Shown here one piece after another: positions 39,558-48,582 of a stretch of DNA of 64,000 bases; the first letter of the stretch is position 1; each line of letters begins with the position of its first letter. Position numbers and translations under genes: made by a program. The notes below the pieces were generated by a model. It saw only the letters and a list, made by a program, of their open reading frames with translations. It had not been told where the DNA came from and ran no database searches. The stretch comes from Rhodocyclaceae bacterium (GTDB taxonomy: Bacteria; Pseudomonadota; Gammaproteobacteria; Burkholderiales; Rhodocyclaceae), in the NCBI GenBank assembly GCA_020445945.1, contig JAGRFQ010000028.1:28680-92679 (forward strand), written 5' to 3'.

Positions 39558-41315
39558 ATGAGCCATAATGACAATGCCGTGAGCCGCCACGATGCGCCGA
39601 TTCAGGCCTTGGTGGTGGACGATTCGGAAGACGACGCCTTCTTGCTGCGCGCCGAGTTGGCACAGCGCGGCGTGGCCATCGAGTATCGCCGCGTCGATAC
39701 CGAAGTCGACATGACGGCAGCTCTGGCCAATGACGAGTGGGACCTGATCATCTCCGACCACAACATGCCGGGTTTCGACGCGCTGGCTGCGCTGGGGGTG
39801 CTCAAGCGCAGCGGGCGCGACATCCCGTTCATCATCCATTCGGGATGCATGAGTGACGACATGGCGGTGTCGGCGATGTACGACGGTGTGCACGACTTCG
39901 TCCAGAAGGGCCAGTACGGGCGCATGGTGCCGGTGATCGAGCGTGAGTTGCGCGGCGCGGCAGCGCGCAACGCGGTGCGCCGCGCCGATCTGCGCATCGA
40001 ACAGCTGGCGCATTTCGACAAACTCAGCTCGCTCCCCAACCAGAGCCTGTTCTGCTCCAAGGTCTCGGCCTGGCTGGAGGAGGCCGGCCGGCGCGGGCGG
40101 CTGGCGCGTGGCGCGCTGTTCGTGATCGACATCGACCGCTTCCTGCGGGTGAATGCGAGTTTCGGCTACGAGGCCGGCAATGTGGTGATCCAGCAGATCA
40201 GCGCGCGCTTGTCGGAAATCCTGCAGTCCGACGTGGTCCTCGCGCGTCTCGGCGGTGACGAGTTCGGGGTGTTTGTGCCGGGCATCGGCGAGCGTCCGAG
40301 CGCCGAGGTGTTTGCGCGCTGGATCGCCCGCGCGTTCGATGCGCCGTTCCTGAAAAACGGGATCGAGCTGTTTCTGACCCCCAGCATCGGCGTGGCGCTG
40401 GTGCCGGCCGATGGCACGCAGGTCTACGATCTGCTGATGAACGCGGAGACCGCCAGCGCACAGGTCAAGCGCAAGGGCGGCAACAGCTTCCGTTTCTACG
40501 ATCGCGAGATGAATGCGGCGTCGGCCGAGCGTGTGGCGCTGGAGGCGGATCTGCGTCACGCCGTGGAGCGCGGCGAACTGTTTCTCGAATTCCAGCCGGT
40601 GCTCGACGCGCGCAGCGGGCGCATCGTCAGCGCCGAGGCGCTGGTGCGCTGGAATCATCCGCGGCTGGGGCGCGTGCCGCCGGATCGCTTCATCTCGCTG
40701 GCCGACGAGACGGGGCTGATTGTCGATATCGGCGGCTGGGTGCTCGACGAAGCCTGCCGCTGCTGCCGGGCCTGGCATCAGGCCGGTTTCACCGACATGC
40801 ACGTGTCGGTCAACGTCTCGGCGATGCAGTTCGGCCAGCCGCGCCTGCTCGAGGCGGTGCGCGACGCGCTGGCGCGGACGCACCTGCCGTCGGGCTGTCT
40901 GATGCTTGAAATCACCGAGTCGTCGCTGATGGAAAACGCCGAGTCCACCGCCGGCATGCTGCGCGCACTGCGCAACATGGGGGTACGCATTTCGGTCGAT
41001 GACTTCGGCACCGGCTACTCGTCGCTGTCCTACCTGAAGCGCTTTCCGCTCGATGTGATCAAGATCGACAAATCCTTCGTGCGCGACCTGTGCGTGGACG
41101 AGGAAGACGCGGCGATCGTGCGCGCGATCATCGCGCTGGCGCACAGCATGCGCCGCTCGACGATTGCCGAGGGGGTGGAGACCCAGGCCCAGATCGACAT
41201 TCTCAAACGCGAGAACTGCGAGTTTTTTCAGGGCTTTTACTTCGGTCGACCGATGGTGCTCGAGCGTATCGTTGAACGGCTCGCGGCACAGGATGCGCCA
41301 CCCGCCCCGAGCTGA
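39558..41315 (+). CDS. REC-GGDEF-EAL c-di-GMP phosphodiesterase
   Basis: REC (VDDSEDD, SDHNMP), RLGGDEF, EALVRW, DDFGTGYSS, KIDKSF, EGVET. Confidence 0.92.
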   Translation: MSHNDNAVSRHDAPIQALVVDDSEDDAFLLRAELAQRGVAIEYRRVDTEVDMTAALANDEWDLIISDHNMPGFDALAALGVLKRSGRDIPFIIHSGCMSDDMAVSAMYDGVHDFVQKGQYGRMVPVIERELRGAAARNAVRRADLRIEQLAHFDKLSSLPNQSLFCSKVSAWLEEAGRRGRLARGALFVIDIDRFLRVNASFGYEAGNVVIQQISARLSEILQSDVVLARLGGDEFGVFVPGIGERPSAEVFARWIARAFDAPFLKNGIELFLTPSIGVALVPADGTQVYDLLMNAETASAQVKRKGGNSFRFYDREMNAASAERVALEADLRHAVERGELFLEFQPVLDARSGRIVSAEALVRWNHPRLGRVPPDRFISLADETGLIVDIGGWVLDEACRCCRAWHQAGFTDMHVSVNVSAMQFGQPRLLEAVRDALARTHLPSGCLMLEITESSLMENAESTAGMLRALRNMGVRISVDDFGTGYSSLSYLKRFPLDVIKIDKSFVRDLCVDEEDAAIVRAIIALAHSMRRSTIAEGVETQAQIDILKRENCEFFQGFYFGRPMVLERIVERLAAQDAPPAPS

Positions 41316-41362
41316 AAAACGACATCCACTGCGCTGTTCGCTGCTGCCGGTCGCCGCCTGCG

Positions 41363-41381
41363 TGTAGGTCAAATTCCTACA
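41363..41381. promoter_or_regulatory. palindromic regulator box upstream of flhD
   Basis: TGTAGG-tcaaatt-CCTACA perfect 6-bp arms. Confidence 0.5.
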
Positions 41382-41428
41382 TCGCGGCGTCCGCGCCTTT
41401 GTACGTCAAGTTACCCGGCGGGCCGATA

Positions 41429-41445
41429 CCGGCAAGGTTTGCCGG
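41429..41445. promoter_or_regulatory. CGGCAA-N3-TTGCCG palindrome upstream of flhD (same as at flgB)
   Basis: CCGGCAA-GGT-TTGCCGG. Confidence 0.5.
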
Positions 41446-41499
41446 CGAGGACAATGGTCCCCACGACGCGTAAAGCGCGAACTGGTCAGGAGATTTGTG

Positions 41500-41817
41500 A
41501 TGAAGAGCGCCGACTTGCACGAACAGATCCGGGAAATCAACCTCGCCTACCTCATGCTCGCCCAGCAGATGGTGCGCGAGGACCGCGAAGCGGCCATGTT
41601 CCGGCTCGGCATCGCCGCCGACGTCGCCGAGTTGCTCGATGGGCTGAGCACCGCCCAGGTGGTGCGCATGGCCAGCCAGCAGATGGTGTTGTGCCGCTTC
41701 CGCTTCGACGACAGCGCGATGATCGGGATGCTCACCGGCAAGGGCCGCGACGCTGCGACCTCGTCGCTTCACGCCGCCATCATCGCCGCCGCCACCCCGG
41801 TGGAAGCGCTGGCCTGA
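41500..41817 (+). CDS. flhD: flagellar master regulator FlhD
   Basis: IREINLAYLMLAQQM...AMFRLGI...LCRFRFDD...H. Confidence 0.95.
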   Translation: MKSADLHEQIREINLAYLMLAQQMVREDREAAMFRLGIAADVAELLDGLSTAQVVRMASQQMVLCRFRFDDSAMIGMLTGKGRDAATSSLHAAIIAAATPVEALA

Positions 41818-41835
41818 GCCGGCACGGAGCCCATC

Positions 41836-42387
41836 ATGCGAAATAAAAGCGTTCTGGCCGAGGCTGAAGATATCCAGCGCGCGGTGGACATGATCCGCCT
41901 CGGCGCGCGCATGCAGATGCTGGAGACCGAGACCAAACTCAGTCGCGAGCGGCTGCTCAAACTCTACAAGGAAGTGCGCGGCGTCTCGCCCCCGAAAGGC
42001 ATGCTGCCGTTTTCGACCGACTGGTTCATGACCTGGCAGCCGAACGTGCACTCCTCGCTGTTCATGTCCTTCTACCGCTTCATGAAAGACGAGGCCGGTC
42101 TGAGTGACCTGGACGCCATCATCAAGGGCTTTCGCCTCTACCTCGACCACATCGAAGCCGAGGATCTCGACGAAGTGCTGAGCCTCACCCGGGCGTGGAC
42201 CCTGGTGCGTTTCTTCGATGCCGATTTGCTTCAGCAGGCCACCTGCACGTGTTGCGGCGGACATTACGTCGCGCATGCGTATGACCCGACGCATGAATTC
42301 GTGTGCGGCCTGTGCAACATGCCTTCGCGTGCCGGAAAGGGCCGTCGTGCGCGCAAAGGTGTCTCTGATCGTAGTGCCATGGTCTGA
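41836..42387 (+). CDS. flhC: flagellar master regulator FlhC
   Basis: LGARMQ.LETET.LSRERL.KLYKE..G.SPPKGMLPFSTDWF; Zn-binding C..C/C..C. Confidence 0.96.
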   Translation: MRNKSVLAEAEDIQRAVDMIRLGARMQMLETETKLSRERLLKLYKEVRGVSPPKGMLPFSTDWFMTWQPNVHSSLFMSFYRFMKDEAGLSDLDAIIKGFRLYLDHIEAEDLDEVLSLTRAWTLVRFFDADLLQQATCTCCGGHYVAHAYDPTHEFVCGLCNMPSRAGKGRRARKGVSDRSAMV

Positions 42388-42416
42388 CCTCCTCCTTGCT
42401 AAGCAAGGGGTTATAT

Positions 42417-42445
42417 GCCGCCGGAGATTTTCCGGCGGCTTTTTT
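42417..42445 (+). terminator. Rho-independent terminator after flhC
   Basis: GCCGCCGGA-GATTT-TCCGGCGGC followed by TTTTTT. Confidence 0.88.
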
Positions 42446-42494
42446 ATGTGCGCCTGCCGCCGGGATGCGGTGCGCCATACCCGCCTTCGGGTGC

Positions 42495-42521
42495 TCAAGT
42501 TTCGCTTGGCAGGGCCGTTAG
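42495..42521 (+). promoter_or_regulatory. sigma28 promoter of motAB
   Basis: TCAA-gtttcgcttggcagg (N15)-GCCGTTAG. Confidence 0.72.
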
Positions 42522-42623
42522 CAGGCACATGTGGCGAGGCCTTGCGGCGCGCCGCTTCGGCAGTCTTCGGCAGGGCGCTTTGAGGCGCTGCGAATCGGTC
42601 TTACAAGCACAAGGGATGCATCG

Positions 42624-43478
42624 ATGTTTCTCATCATCGGATACGTCATCGTACTCGCGGCGTCTTTGGGGACGTACGCGGTCCACGGATCGCTGGCGGC
42701 GTTGTGGGTGCCGACCGAATACATCGCCATCGTCGGCCTGATGATCGGTGGCTTCGTGGCCAGCAACGGCATCAAGGCGATCAAGTCCACGGTGGGCGCG
42801 CTTCCGTCGGTGCTCAAGGGTTCGGCCTACAACAAGGCGTTCTATGTCGACGTGCTGGCGCTGATGTACGAGCTGCTCTCCAAGGTGCGCAAGGAGGGGC
42901 TGATGTCGATCGAAGGCGACATCGAGAACGCCGAAGGCAGCCCGATCTTTTCCAAGTATCCGAATTTTCTCGCCGATCACCACGCGGTCGAGTTCCTGAC
43001 CGACTACCTGCGCATGATGGTCGGCGGCAACCTCAACGCCTTCGAGATCGAGAACCTGATGGACATGGAGATCGAGACCCATCACACCGAGGCGCATGGC
43101 CCGGCGCACGTGATGTCAAAGGTGGCCGACTCGGTGCCGGCCTTCGGTATTGTGGTGGCGGTGATGGGGGTGGTGAACGTGATGGGCTCGGTCGGCCAGC
43201 CGCCGGCGGTGCTCGGCAAGATGATCGGCGGCGCGCTGGTGGGTACCTTCCTCGGTATTCTGGTGTCCTACGGGTTCGTCGCCCCGATCGCCGGCCAGCT
43301 CGAACAGAAGGTCGAAGAGGGCGGCAAGATCTACGAGTGCATGAAGGTGGTGCTGCTCGCGAGCATGAACGGCTATGCGCCCCAGGTGGCGATCGAATTC
43401 GGCCGCAAGGTGCTGTACTCGACCGACCGCCCGTCCTTCAGCGAGCTGGAGGAAGAGGTGAAGAACCGCAAGGGTTAA
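42624..43478 (+). CDS. motA: flagellar stator MotA
   Basis: MFLIIGY.IV; RKEGLMSIE.DIE; PAFGIVVAVMGVV; GGALVGTFLGIL..YGFV.P; EFGRK. Confidence 0.96.
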   Translation: MFLIIGYVIVLAASLGTYAVHGSLAALWVPTEYIAIVGLMIGGFVASNGIKAIKSTVGALPSVLKGSAYNKAFYVDVLALMYELLSKVRKEGLMSIEGDIENAEGSPIFSKYPNFLADHHAVEFLTDYLRMMVGGNLNAFEIENLMDMEIETHHTEAHGPAHVMSKVADSVPAFGIVVAVMGVVNVMGSVGQPPAVLGKMIGGALVGTFLGILVSYGFVAPIAGQLEQKVEEGGKIYECMKVVLLASMNGYAPQVAIEFGRKVLYSTDRPSFSELEEEVKNRKG

Positions 43479-43511
43479 GCGTCATCGACTCAGGCTTGAA
43501 ATCCATAAATC

Positions 43512-44609
43512 ATGAGTGACGATACCCAACAACCGATAGTCGTCAAGAAAATCAAGAAGGGCGGAGGCGGCGCCCACGGCGGGGCGTGGAAAATCGCCTA
43601 CGCCGACTTCGTGACCGCGATGATGGCCTTCTTCCTGCTCATGTGGCTGCTCGGCTCGACCGCCGAGGGTGACATGGAAGGGATTGCCGAATTCTTCGAC
43701 AATCCGCTCAAGGTCGGTATGGGCGGCGGCTCCGGCTCCGGCGACAGTTCCAGCATCATCAAGGGCGGCGGCGAAGACCTCACGCGCTCGGTGGGGCAGG
43801 TCAAGCGCGGCGACGTCAAGGGCAGGCAGACCATCAACCTCGATGCTGCCAACGATCCCTCCGCCGCGCCCAAGGGCGAAGACGCGAAGCAGTTCGAGCA
43901 GGCCGAACGCGCTCAACTGGTCGACCTCAAAGGCCAGATCGAAGCGCTGATCGAAGCCAGTTCGACCCTGCGCGCGATGAAGAACCAGCTCATCATGGAC
44001 ATCACCGTGGAGGGACTGCGGATCCAGATCGTCGATGAGCAGAACCGGCCGATGTTCGCCCAAGCCTCCGATCGCCTGCAGCCCTACACCAAGGAGTTGC
44101 TGCACGCCATCGGCAATGCGCTCAACAGCGTGGATAACCGCATCAGTCTGTCCGGGCACACCGACGCCAGCCGCTACGCCGGCGGTGGCGGCGGCTTCTC
44201 GAACTGGGAGCTGTCGTCGAACCGCGCCAACGCCTCGCGGCGCGAGCTGGTGGCGGGCGGGCTCGAGGACGGCAAGGTGATCCGGGTGGTCGGTCTGGCG
44301 GACATGATTCCGTTCAAATCCGACGATCCCTACGACCCGACCAACCGGCGGATCAGCATCATCGTCATGAACCGCAAGACCGAAGAGGCGGTCATGGGCG
44401 AGCGTGCCCGTCTGGATGTCAATGCAGACGCCCCGCTCGACGCGACGCGGCTGCGCGACGGCGTCAGTGCGCAGCAGGCGCCGCCGAATCCGGCGTTTGC
44501 GCTGCCGCCCACCGCAGCGCCACGCGCCGCCCCGGCGCGACGCGAGGCGTTCGATGAGCGCCCCCGCGGCCCGATACGCCCGCGCATCGTCATGCCATCG
44601 CAGCGCTGA
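43512..44609 (+). CDS. motB: flagellar stator MotB
   Basis: HGGAWKIAYADFVTAMMAFFLLMWL; GHTD; NWELS..RA; NRRISI. Confidence 0.96.
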   Translation: MSDDTQQPIVVKKIKKGGGGAHGGAWKIAYADFVTAMMAFFLLMWLLGSTAEGDMEGIAEFFDNPLKVGMGGGSGSGDSSSIIKGGGEDLTRSVGQVKRGDVKGRQTINLDAANDPSAAPKGEDAKQFEQAERAQLVDLKGQIEALIEASSTLRAMKNQLIMDITVEGLRIQIVDEQNRPMFAQASDRLQPYTKELLHAIGNALNSVDNRISLSGHTDASRYAGGGGGFSNWELSSNRANASRRELVAGGLEDGKVIRVVGLADMIPFKSDDPYDPTNRRISIIVMNRKTEEAVMGERARLDVNADAPLDATRLRDGVSAQQAPPNPAFALPPTAAPRAAPARREAFDERPRGPIRPRIVMPSQR

Positions 44610-44683
44610 GCTGCGCGTCCGGCCGGTGCGCCGCCCATATGCCAGAGGCGTTTTTCGTGCCCGTGCGTCAGCCCGTTCGGGCC

Positions 44684-44710
44684 TAAAGTCGGGCCGCCCG
44701 TTGACGATAT
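44684..44710 (+). promoter_or_regulatory. sigma28 promoter of mcpA-like/cheY/cheA unit
   Basis: TAAA-gtcgggccgcccgtt (N15)-GACGATAT. Confidence 0.7.
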
Positions 44711-44748
44711 ATCGTGCACTGCAAACCAAGCGGAAAGCGTGACCGGGC

Positions 44749-45960
44749 ATGTCGATGACACGGACTCAAATGATTCTTGCCGGCGGGGTGTGGAGCGCCG
44801 CCGTGCCGGCTGCGCTGCAGCGCATGCCGGTGCCCGGCGGCAGCATGTGGGCCGTCGCCGCGCTGGTGGCGGCAGGGTGGCTGGTGCTGCTCTGGGGCGC
44901 GGGTCGCGGGGTTGCTGTCGCCCCGGGGGATGAGCCCGAGGCGTCCGCCGACAGCTCCCAGAGGCAGGACTTTCAGCGCGCCATGGGGCACTGCGTGCGT
45001 CAGTTCGATGCCCAGTTCACGGCGGTCGACGGCGAGTTCGAACGGGTCGCCGGCGTGCTTTCCGATGCGATCGGCCAGCTCACGAAGAGTTTTCACGCCA
45101 TGCACGAGCGGACTCGGCGCCAGCAGGCCGCGGCGGCCGATCTGATGTCGGCCGGGGTGACCCTCGACGACGACAGCGGTGCCGATTTCAGCGACTTCGC
45201 GGCGCAGACCACCGAGACGATGCAGAAGATCGTCGACAGCGTCGTCACCAACAGCAAGCTGGGTATGGAGCTGGTCGAGTTGACCGATGGCATCGCCCAG
45301 CGGGCGCTGGAAGTGGAGTCGATCCTCGGCGAGATCGGTGCCATCGCCAAGCAGACCAATTTGCTCGCGCTCAACGCGGCCATCGAGGCCGCCCGCGCGG
45401 GCGAGGCCGGCCGGGGTTTCGCGGTGGTGGCCGACGAGGTGCGTGAGCTGTCGACGCGCACCACCCAGTTCAGCCAGCAGATTGCGGTGGTGATGGGGTC
45501 GATGCGCACGGTGGTCACCGACACCGAGTCGGCGATCCGACAGATGGCTTCGCAGGACATGACCTTTGCGCTGACCTCCAAGAAGCAGGTCGGTACCGTG
45601 CTGGGCGCCGTGGCGCGGTTCAACGATGCCCGCAACGACGCCATTGCCGGTTTGCACACCCAGGCCAGCGCGATGGACGAGGATCTTGCCCGGGCCATCA
45701 CCGCGCTGCAGTTTCAGGACATGGTGGCGCAGTTGATGGGCCACGTCGGTCATCGCCTGGACGGCATCCGCACGGCGCTCGGCGCGCTGGCCGAGGTGGC
45801 GCAGGCGGCACCGGCCGCGGCCGACGACGCCTCGCTCGAGGCGCTGGCGGCACGCACCGAGGCGGTGTGTGAGTCGCTCGATGCGATCGCCGCCTTCGGT
45901 ACCAGCAATCCGGTCCGGCAGGCAAACAGCGTCGCCAGCGGTGGTGTCGAATTGTTCTAG
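44749..45960 (+). CDS. McpA/CttP-like short chemoreceptor
   Basis: [30 protein letters not shown]; ALQFQD..Q; C-terminal NPV.Q...GGVELF; first gene before cheY. Confidence 0.88.
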   Translation: MSMTRTQMILAGGVWSAAVPAALQRMPVPGGSMWAVAALVAAGWLVLLWGAGRGVAVAPGDEPEASADSSQRQDFQRAMGHCVRQFDAQFTAVDGEFERVAGVLSDAIGQLTKSFHAMHERTRRQQAAAADLMSAGVTLDDDSGADFSDFAAQTTETMQKIVDSVVTNSKLGMELVELTDGIAQRALEVESILGEIGAIAKQTNLLALNAAIEAARAGEAGRGFAVVADEVRELSTRTTQFSQQIAVVMGSMRTVVTDTESAIRQMASQDMTFALTSKKQVGTVLGAVARFNDARNDAIAGLHTQASAMDEDLARAITALQFQDMVAQLMGHVGHRLDGIRTALGALAEVAQAAPAAADDASLEALAARTEAVCESLDAIAAFGTSNPVRQANSVASGGVELF

Positions 45961-45990
45961 CCTTGTGCCTCAGCCAACAGGAATCTCGCG

Positions 45991-46356
45991 ATGGTAAAGA
46001 CCATTCTTGCAGTTGATGACTCACCTTCGATTCGCCAGATGGTGTCGTTCACGCTCAACAGTGTCGGGTACGAGGTGGTCGAAGCCGTCGATGGCGTCGA
46101 CGCGCTGCGCGTGGCCAAGGCGCAGACGTTCGGGTTGGTGCTCACCGACCAGAACATGCCGCGCATGGACGGCCTCGGGCTGATCCGCGCGCTGCGCTGT
46201 GCGCCCGCCTACCGCGACGTGCCGATCCTGATGTTGACCACCGAGTCGTCGGAGCAGATGAAATCGGCAGGGCGCGCGGCCGGGGCCACCGGCTGGCTGG
46301 TCAAGCCCTTCGATCCGCAGAAGCTGATCGAAGTGGTCAGGAAGGTCATCGGTTGA
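45991..46356 (+). CDS. cheY: CheY-like response regulator (F7/CheY2 type)
   Basis: ILAVDDSPSIRQMV.FTL, TDQNMPRMDG, LTTESS, GATGWLVKPFDP. Confidence 0.9.
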   Translation: MVKTILAVDDSPSIRQMVSFTLNSVGYEVVEAVDGVDALRVAKAQTFGLVLTDQNMPRMDGLGLIRALRCAPAYRDVPILMLTTESSEQMKSAGRAAGATGWLVKPFDPQKLIEVVRKVIG

Positions 46357-46383
46357 GTCGCGCCGCGACCGCAGGAGGGCTTC

Positions 46384-48489
46384 ATGGCCATTGACATGAC
46401 CCAGTTCTACCAGGTGTTCTTCGACGAAGCCGACGAGCACCTGGCGCAGATGGAATCGCTGCTCGTGGCGCTGGATCTCACTGCGCCCGACATGGAAGAC
46501 GTGAACGCCATCTTCCGCGCCGCGCACTCGATCAAGGGGTCGAGTGGCACCTTCGGGTTCGACGACATGATGGAGATCACGCATGTCATGGAGACCCTGC
46601 TCGACAAGGTACGCAAGGGTGAGCTGGCGCTCGACACCGAGCGGGTCGACGCCTGCCTGCGCGCCGGTGATGTATTGCGCACCCTGCTCGGTGCGCATCG
46701 CGGTGGCCAGGCCGCCGACCCGGCCGCGGCGGCGCTGATCCGCGATCGGCTGAACGCGCTGTGCGCGGGAGAGGGCGCCCCGGCTGCGGCGTCGGCCACG
46801 CCGCTCGTGGCGCCGCCGGCTGTTTCAGCGCCGGCGTCGCCGGACGACGCTGAAATGCGGTCGCTGGAAGTGCGTTTCGTCCCCGAGCCGCACGTCGCCG
46901 GTCAGCGCGAGTTGATGAGCAACATGCTCGAAGAGCTGGCCCGGCTGGGCTCGGTCGAGGTGCTCGAAGAGCCGCCGCCGGATGCGCAATACGGGCAATG
47001 GCGCCTGGCAATGTGCACACGTCTGTCCGAGGCGGACTTGCGCGGGGTGATCGATTTCATGGCCGAGCCGCGCTCGGTCGTGATTCTGGCGCGCAGCGAT
47101 GCTGCGGCCGCCCCGCCGGCATCGGCGACGGCCGAGGCGGCGTATGGTTTCTTCGCGCCCCGCCCGGCGGCCGCCGAGGCCGAAGTCGAGGTCGAGGCGG
47201 TGGACGAGGAGGCGGCGTTCGGCTTTTTCGCGCCCCTGCCGGCGGTTGCGCCGCCAGCGGTGCCGGCCGAGCCCGCCGACGCGGCAAGCGCGCCCGCCAA
47301 GGTCAAGGCGGACAGCTCGATCCGCGTCAGCGTGGAGAAGGTCGACCAGCTCATCAACATGGTCGGCGAGCTGGTGATCACCCAGTCCATGCTCCAGCAG
47401 TCGGCGAGCCAGATCAACCCGGTGCTTTTCGAATCCTTGATGAGCAGCCTGGTGCAACTGGAACGCAACACCCGCGATCTGCAGGAATCGGTGATGTCGA
47501 TCCGCATGATGCCGATCTCGGCGGTGTTCTCGCGCTTCCCGCGGGTGGTGCGCGATCTGTCGCAGAAGCTCGGCAAGCAGGTCGAACTCAAGACGCGCGG
47601 CGAAACCACCGAGCTCGATCGCGGCCTGATCGAGCGCGTCGCCGATCCGCTGACGCATCTGGTACGCAACAGCCTCGATCACGGCATCGAGTCGCCCGAA
47701 GCCCGCCGCGCGGCCGGCAAGGCCGAGAGTGGCACCATCACCCTGGCGGCGGCGCACAAGGGCGGCAGCGTGGTGATCGAGGTGAGCGACGACGGCGCCG
47801 GACTCGACCGCGCGCGGATCCTTGCCACAGCGCGCGAGCGCGGCATCGTGGCGCCGGACAGCTTGAGCGACGCCGAGGTCTGGGCGCTGATCTTCGACGC
47901 CGGCTTTTCGACCGCCAAAGAAGTCACCGAGGTCTCCGGCCGCGGGGTCGGCATGGATGTGGTCAAGAAGAACATCGCGGCCATGGGCGGGCGCGTGGAG
48001 ATCGAATCCATGCTCGGCGTGGGCACGCGCATCACCGTGCGCCTGCCGCTCACGCTGGCGATTCTCGACGGCATGTCGGTGCGCGTTGGCGGGGAAACCT
48101 ACATCCTGCCGCTCAACTACGTGGTCGAGTCGCTGCAGGTCACGCGCGACATGGTGCACAGCATTTCAGGGGCCGACCGGCTGATCCGGCTGCGTGGCGA
48201 GTTCATCTCCGTGGTCCCGCTCGGCACGCGCTTTGGCGTCGCGCAGGCGCAGACCGACTGGTGCGCCGGCATCATGGTGGTGGTCGAGGCCGACGGCCTC
48301 AAGGCGGCCTTGTTCGTCGACGAACTGGGCGGCCAGCACCAGGTGGTCATCAAGTCGCTGCAAGCCAACTTCCGGCGCGTGGACGGGGTCTCCGGGGCAA
48401 CCATCATGGGTGACGGGCAGGTGGCGATGATCCTCGACGCGCCGAGCCTCGTCAGCGGCGCGCGCCGGCGCTTGCAGTCCGTCGCCTGA
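46384..48489 (+). CDS. cheA: chemotaxis histidine kinase CheA (F7 class)
   Basis: QFYQVFFDEADEHL, IFRAAHSIKG, SIRVSVEKVDQLIN.VGELVI, LVRNSLDHGIE, SGRGVGMDVV, CheW domain. Confidence 0.96.
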   Translation: MAIDMTQFYQVFFDEADEHLAQMESLLVALDLTAPDMEDVNAIFRAAHSIKGSSGTFGFDDMMEITHVMETLLDKVRKGELALDTERVDACLRAGDVLRTLLGAHRGGQAADPAAAALIRDRLNALCAGEGAPAAASATPLVAPPAVSAPASPDDAEMRSLEVRFVPEPHVAGQRELMSNMLEELARLGSVEVLEEPPPDAQYGQWRLAMCTRLSEADLRGVIDFMAEPRSVVILARSDAAAAPPASATAEAAYGFFAPRPAAAEAEVEVEAVDEEAAFGFFAPLPAVAPPAVPAEPADAASAPAKVKADSSIRVSVEKVDQLINMVGELVITQSMLQQSASQINPVLFESLMSSLVQLERNTRDLQESVMSIRMMPISAVFSRFPRVVRDLSQKLGKQVELKTRGETTELDRGLIERVADPLTHLVRNSLDHGIESPEARRAAGKAESGTITLAAAHKGGSVVIEVSDDGAGLDRARILATARERGIVAPDSLSDAEVWALIFDAGFSTAKEVTEVSGRGVGMDVVKKNIAAMGGRVEIESMLGVGTRITVRLPLTLAILDGMSVRVGGETYILPLNYVVESLQVTRDMVHSISGADRLIRLRGEFISVVPLGTRFGVAQAQTDWCAGIMVVVEADGLKAALFVDELGGQHQVVIKSLQANFRRVDGVSGATIMGDGQVAMILDAPSLVSGARRRLQSVA

Positions 48490-48526
48490 CCCGCCCCCGC
48501 GGCGGCCGCCTCTCGTCGGCGGCGGC

Positions 48527-48553
48527 TTAAGTCACCCCCTGCGCTGCCGTTGA
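48527..48553 (+). promoter_or_regulatory. sigma28 promoter of cheW
   Basis: TTAA-gtcaccccctgcgct (N15)-GCCGTTGA. Confidence 0.6.
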
Positions 48554-48582
48554 TCCCGGGGACAGAGACCGGGAGAGCCGAG

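Noticed and set aside
41406-41429. sigma28-like TCAAG...GCCGATAC upstream of flhD
   Set aside because: Spacer is 12 nt rather than the 15 nt seen at the other sites, so geometry is wrong.
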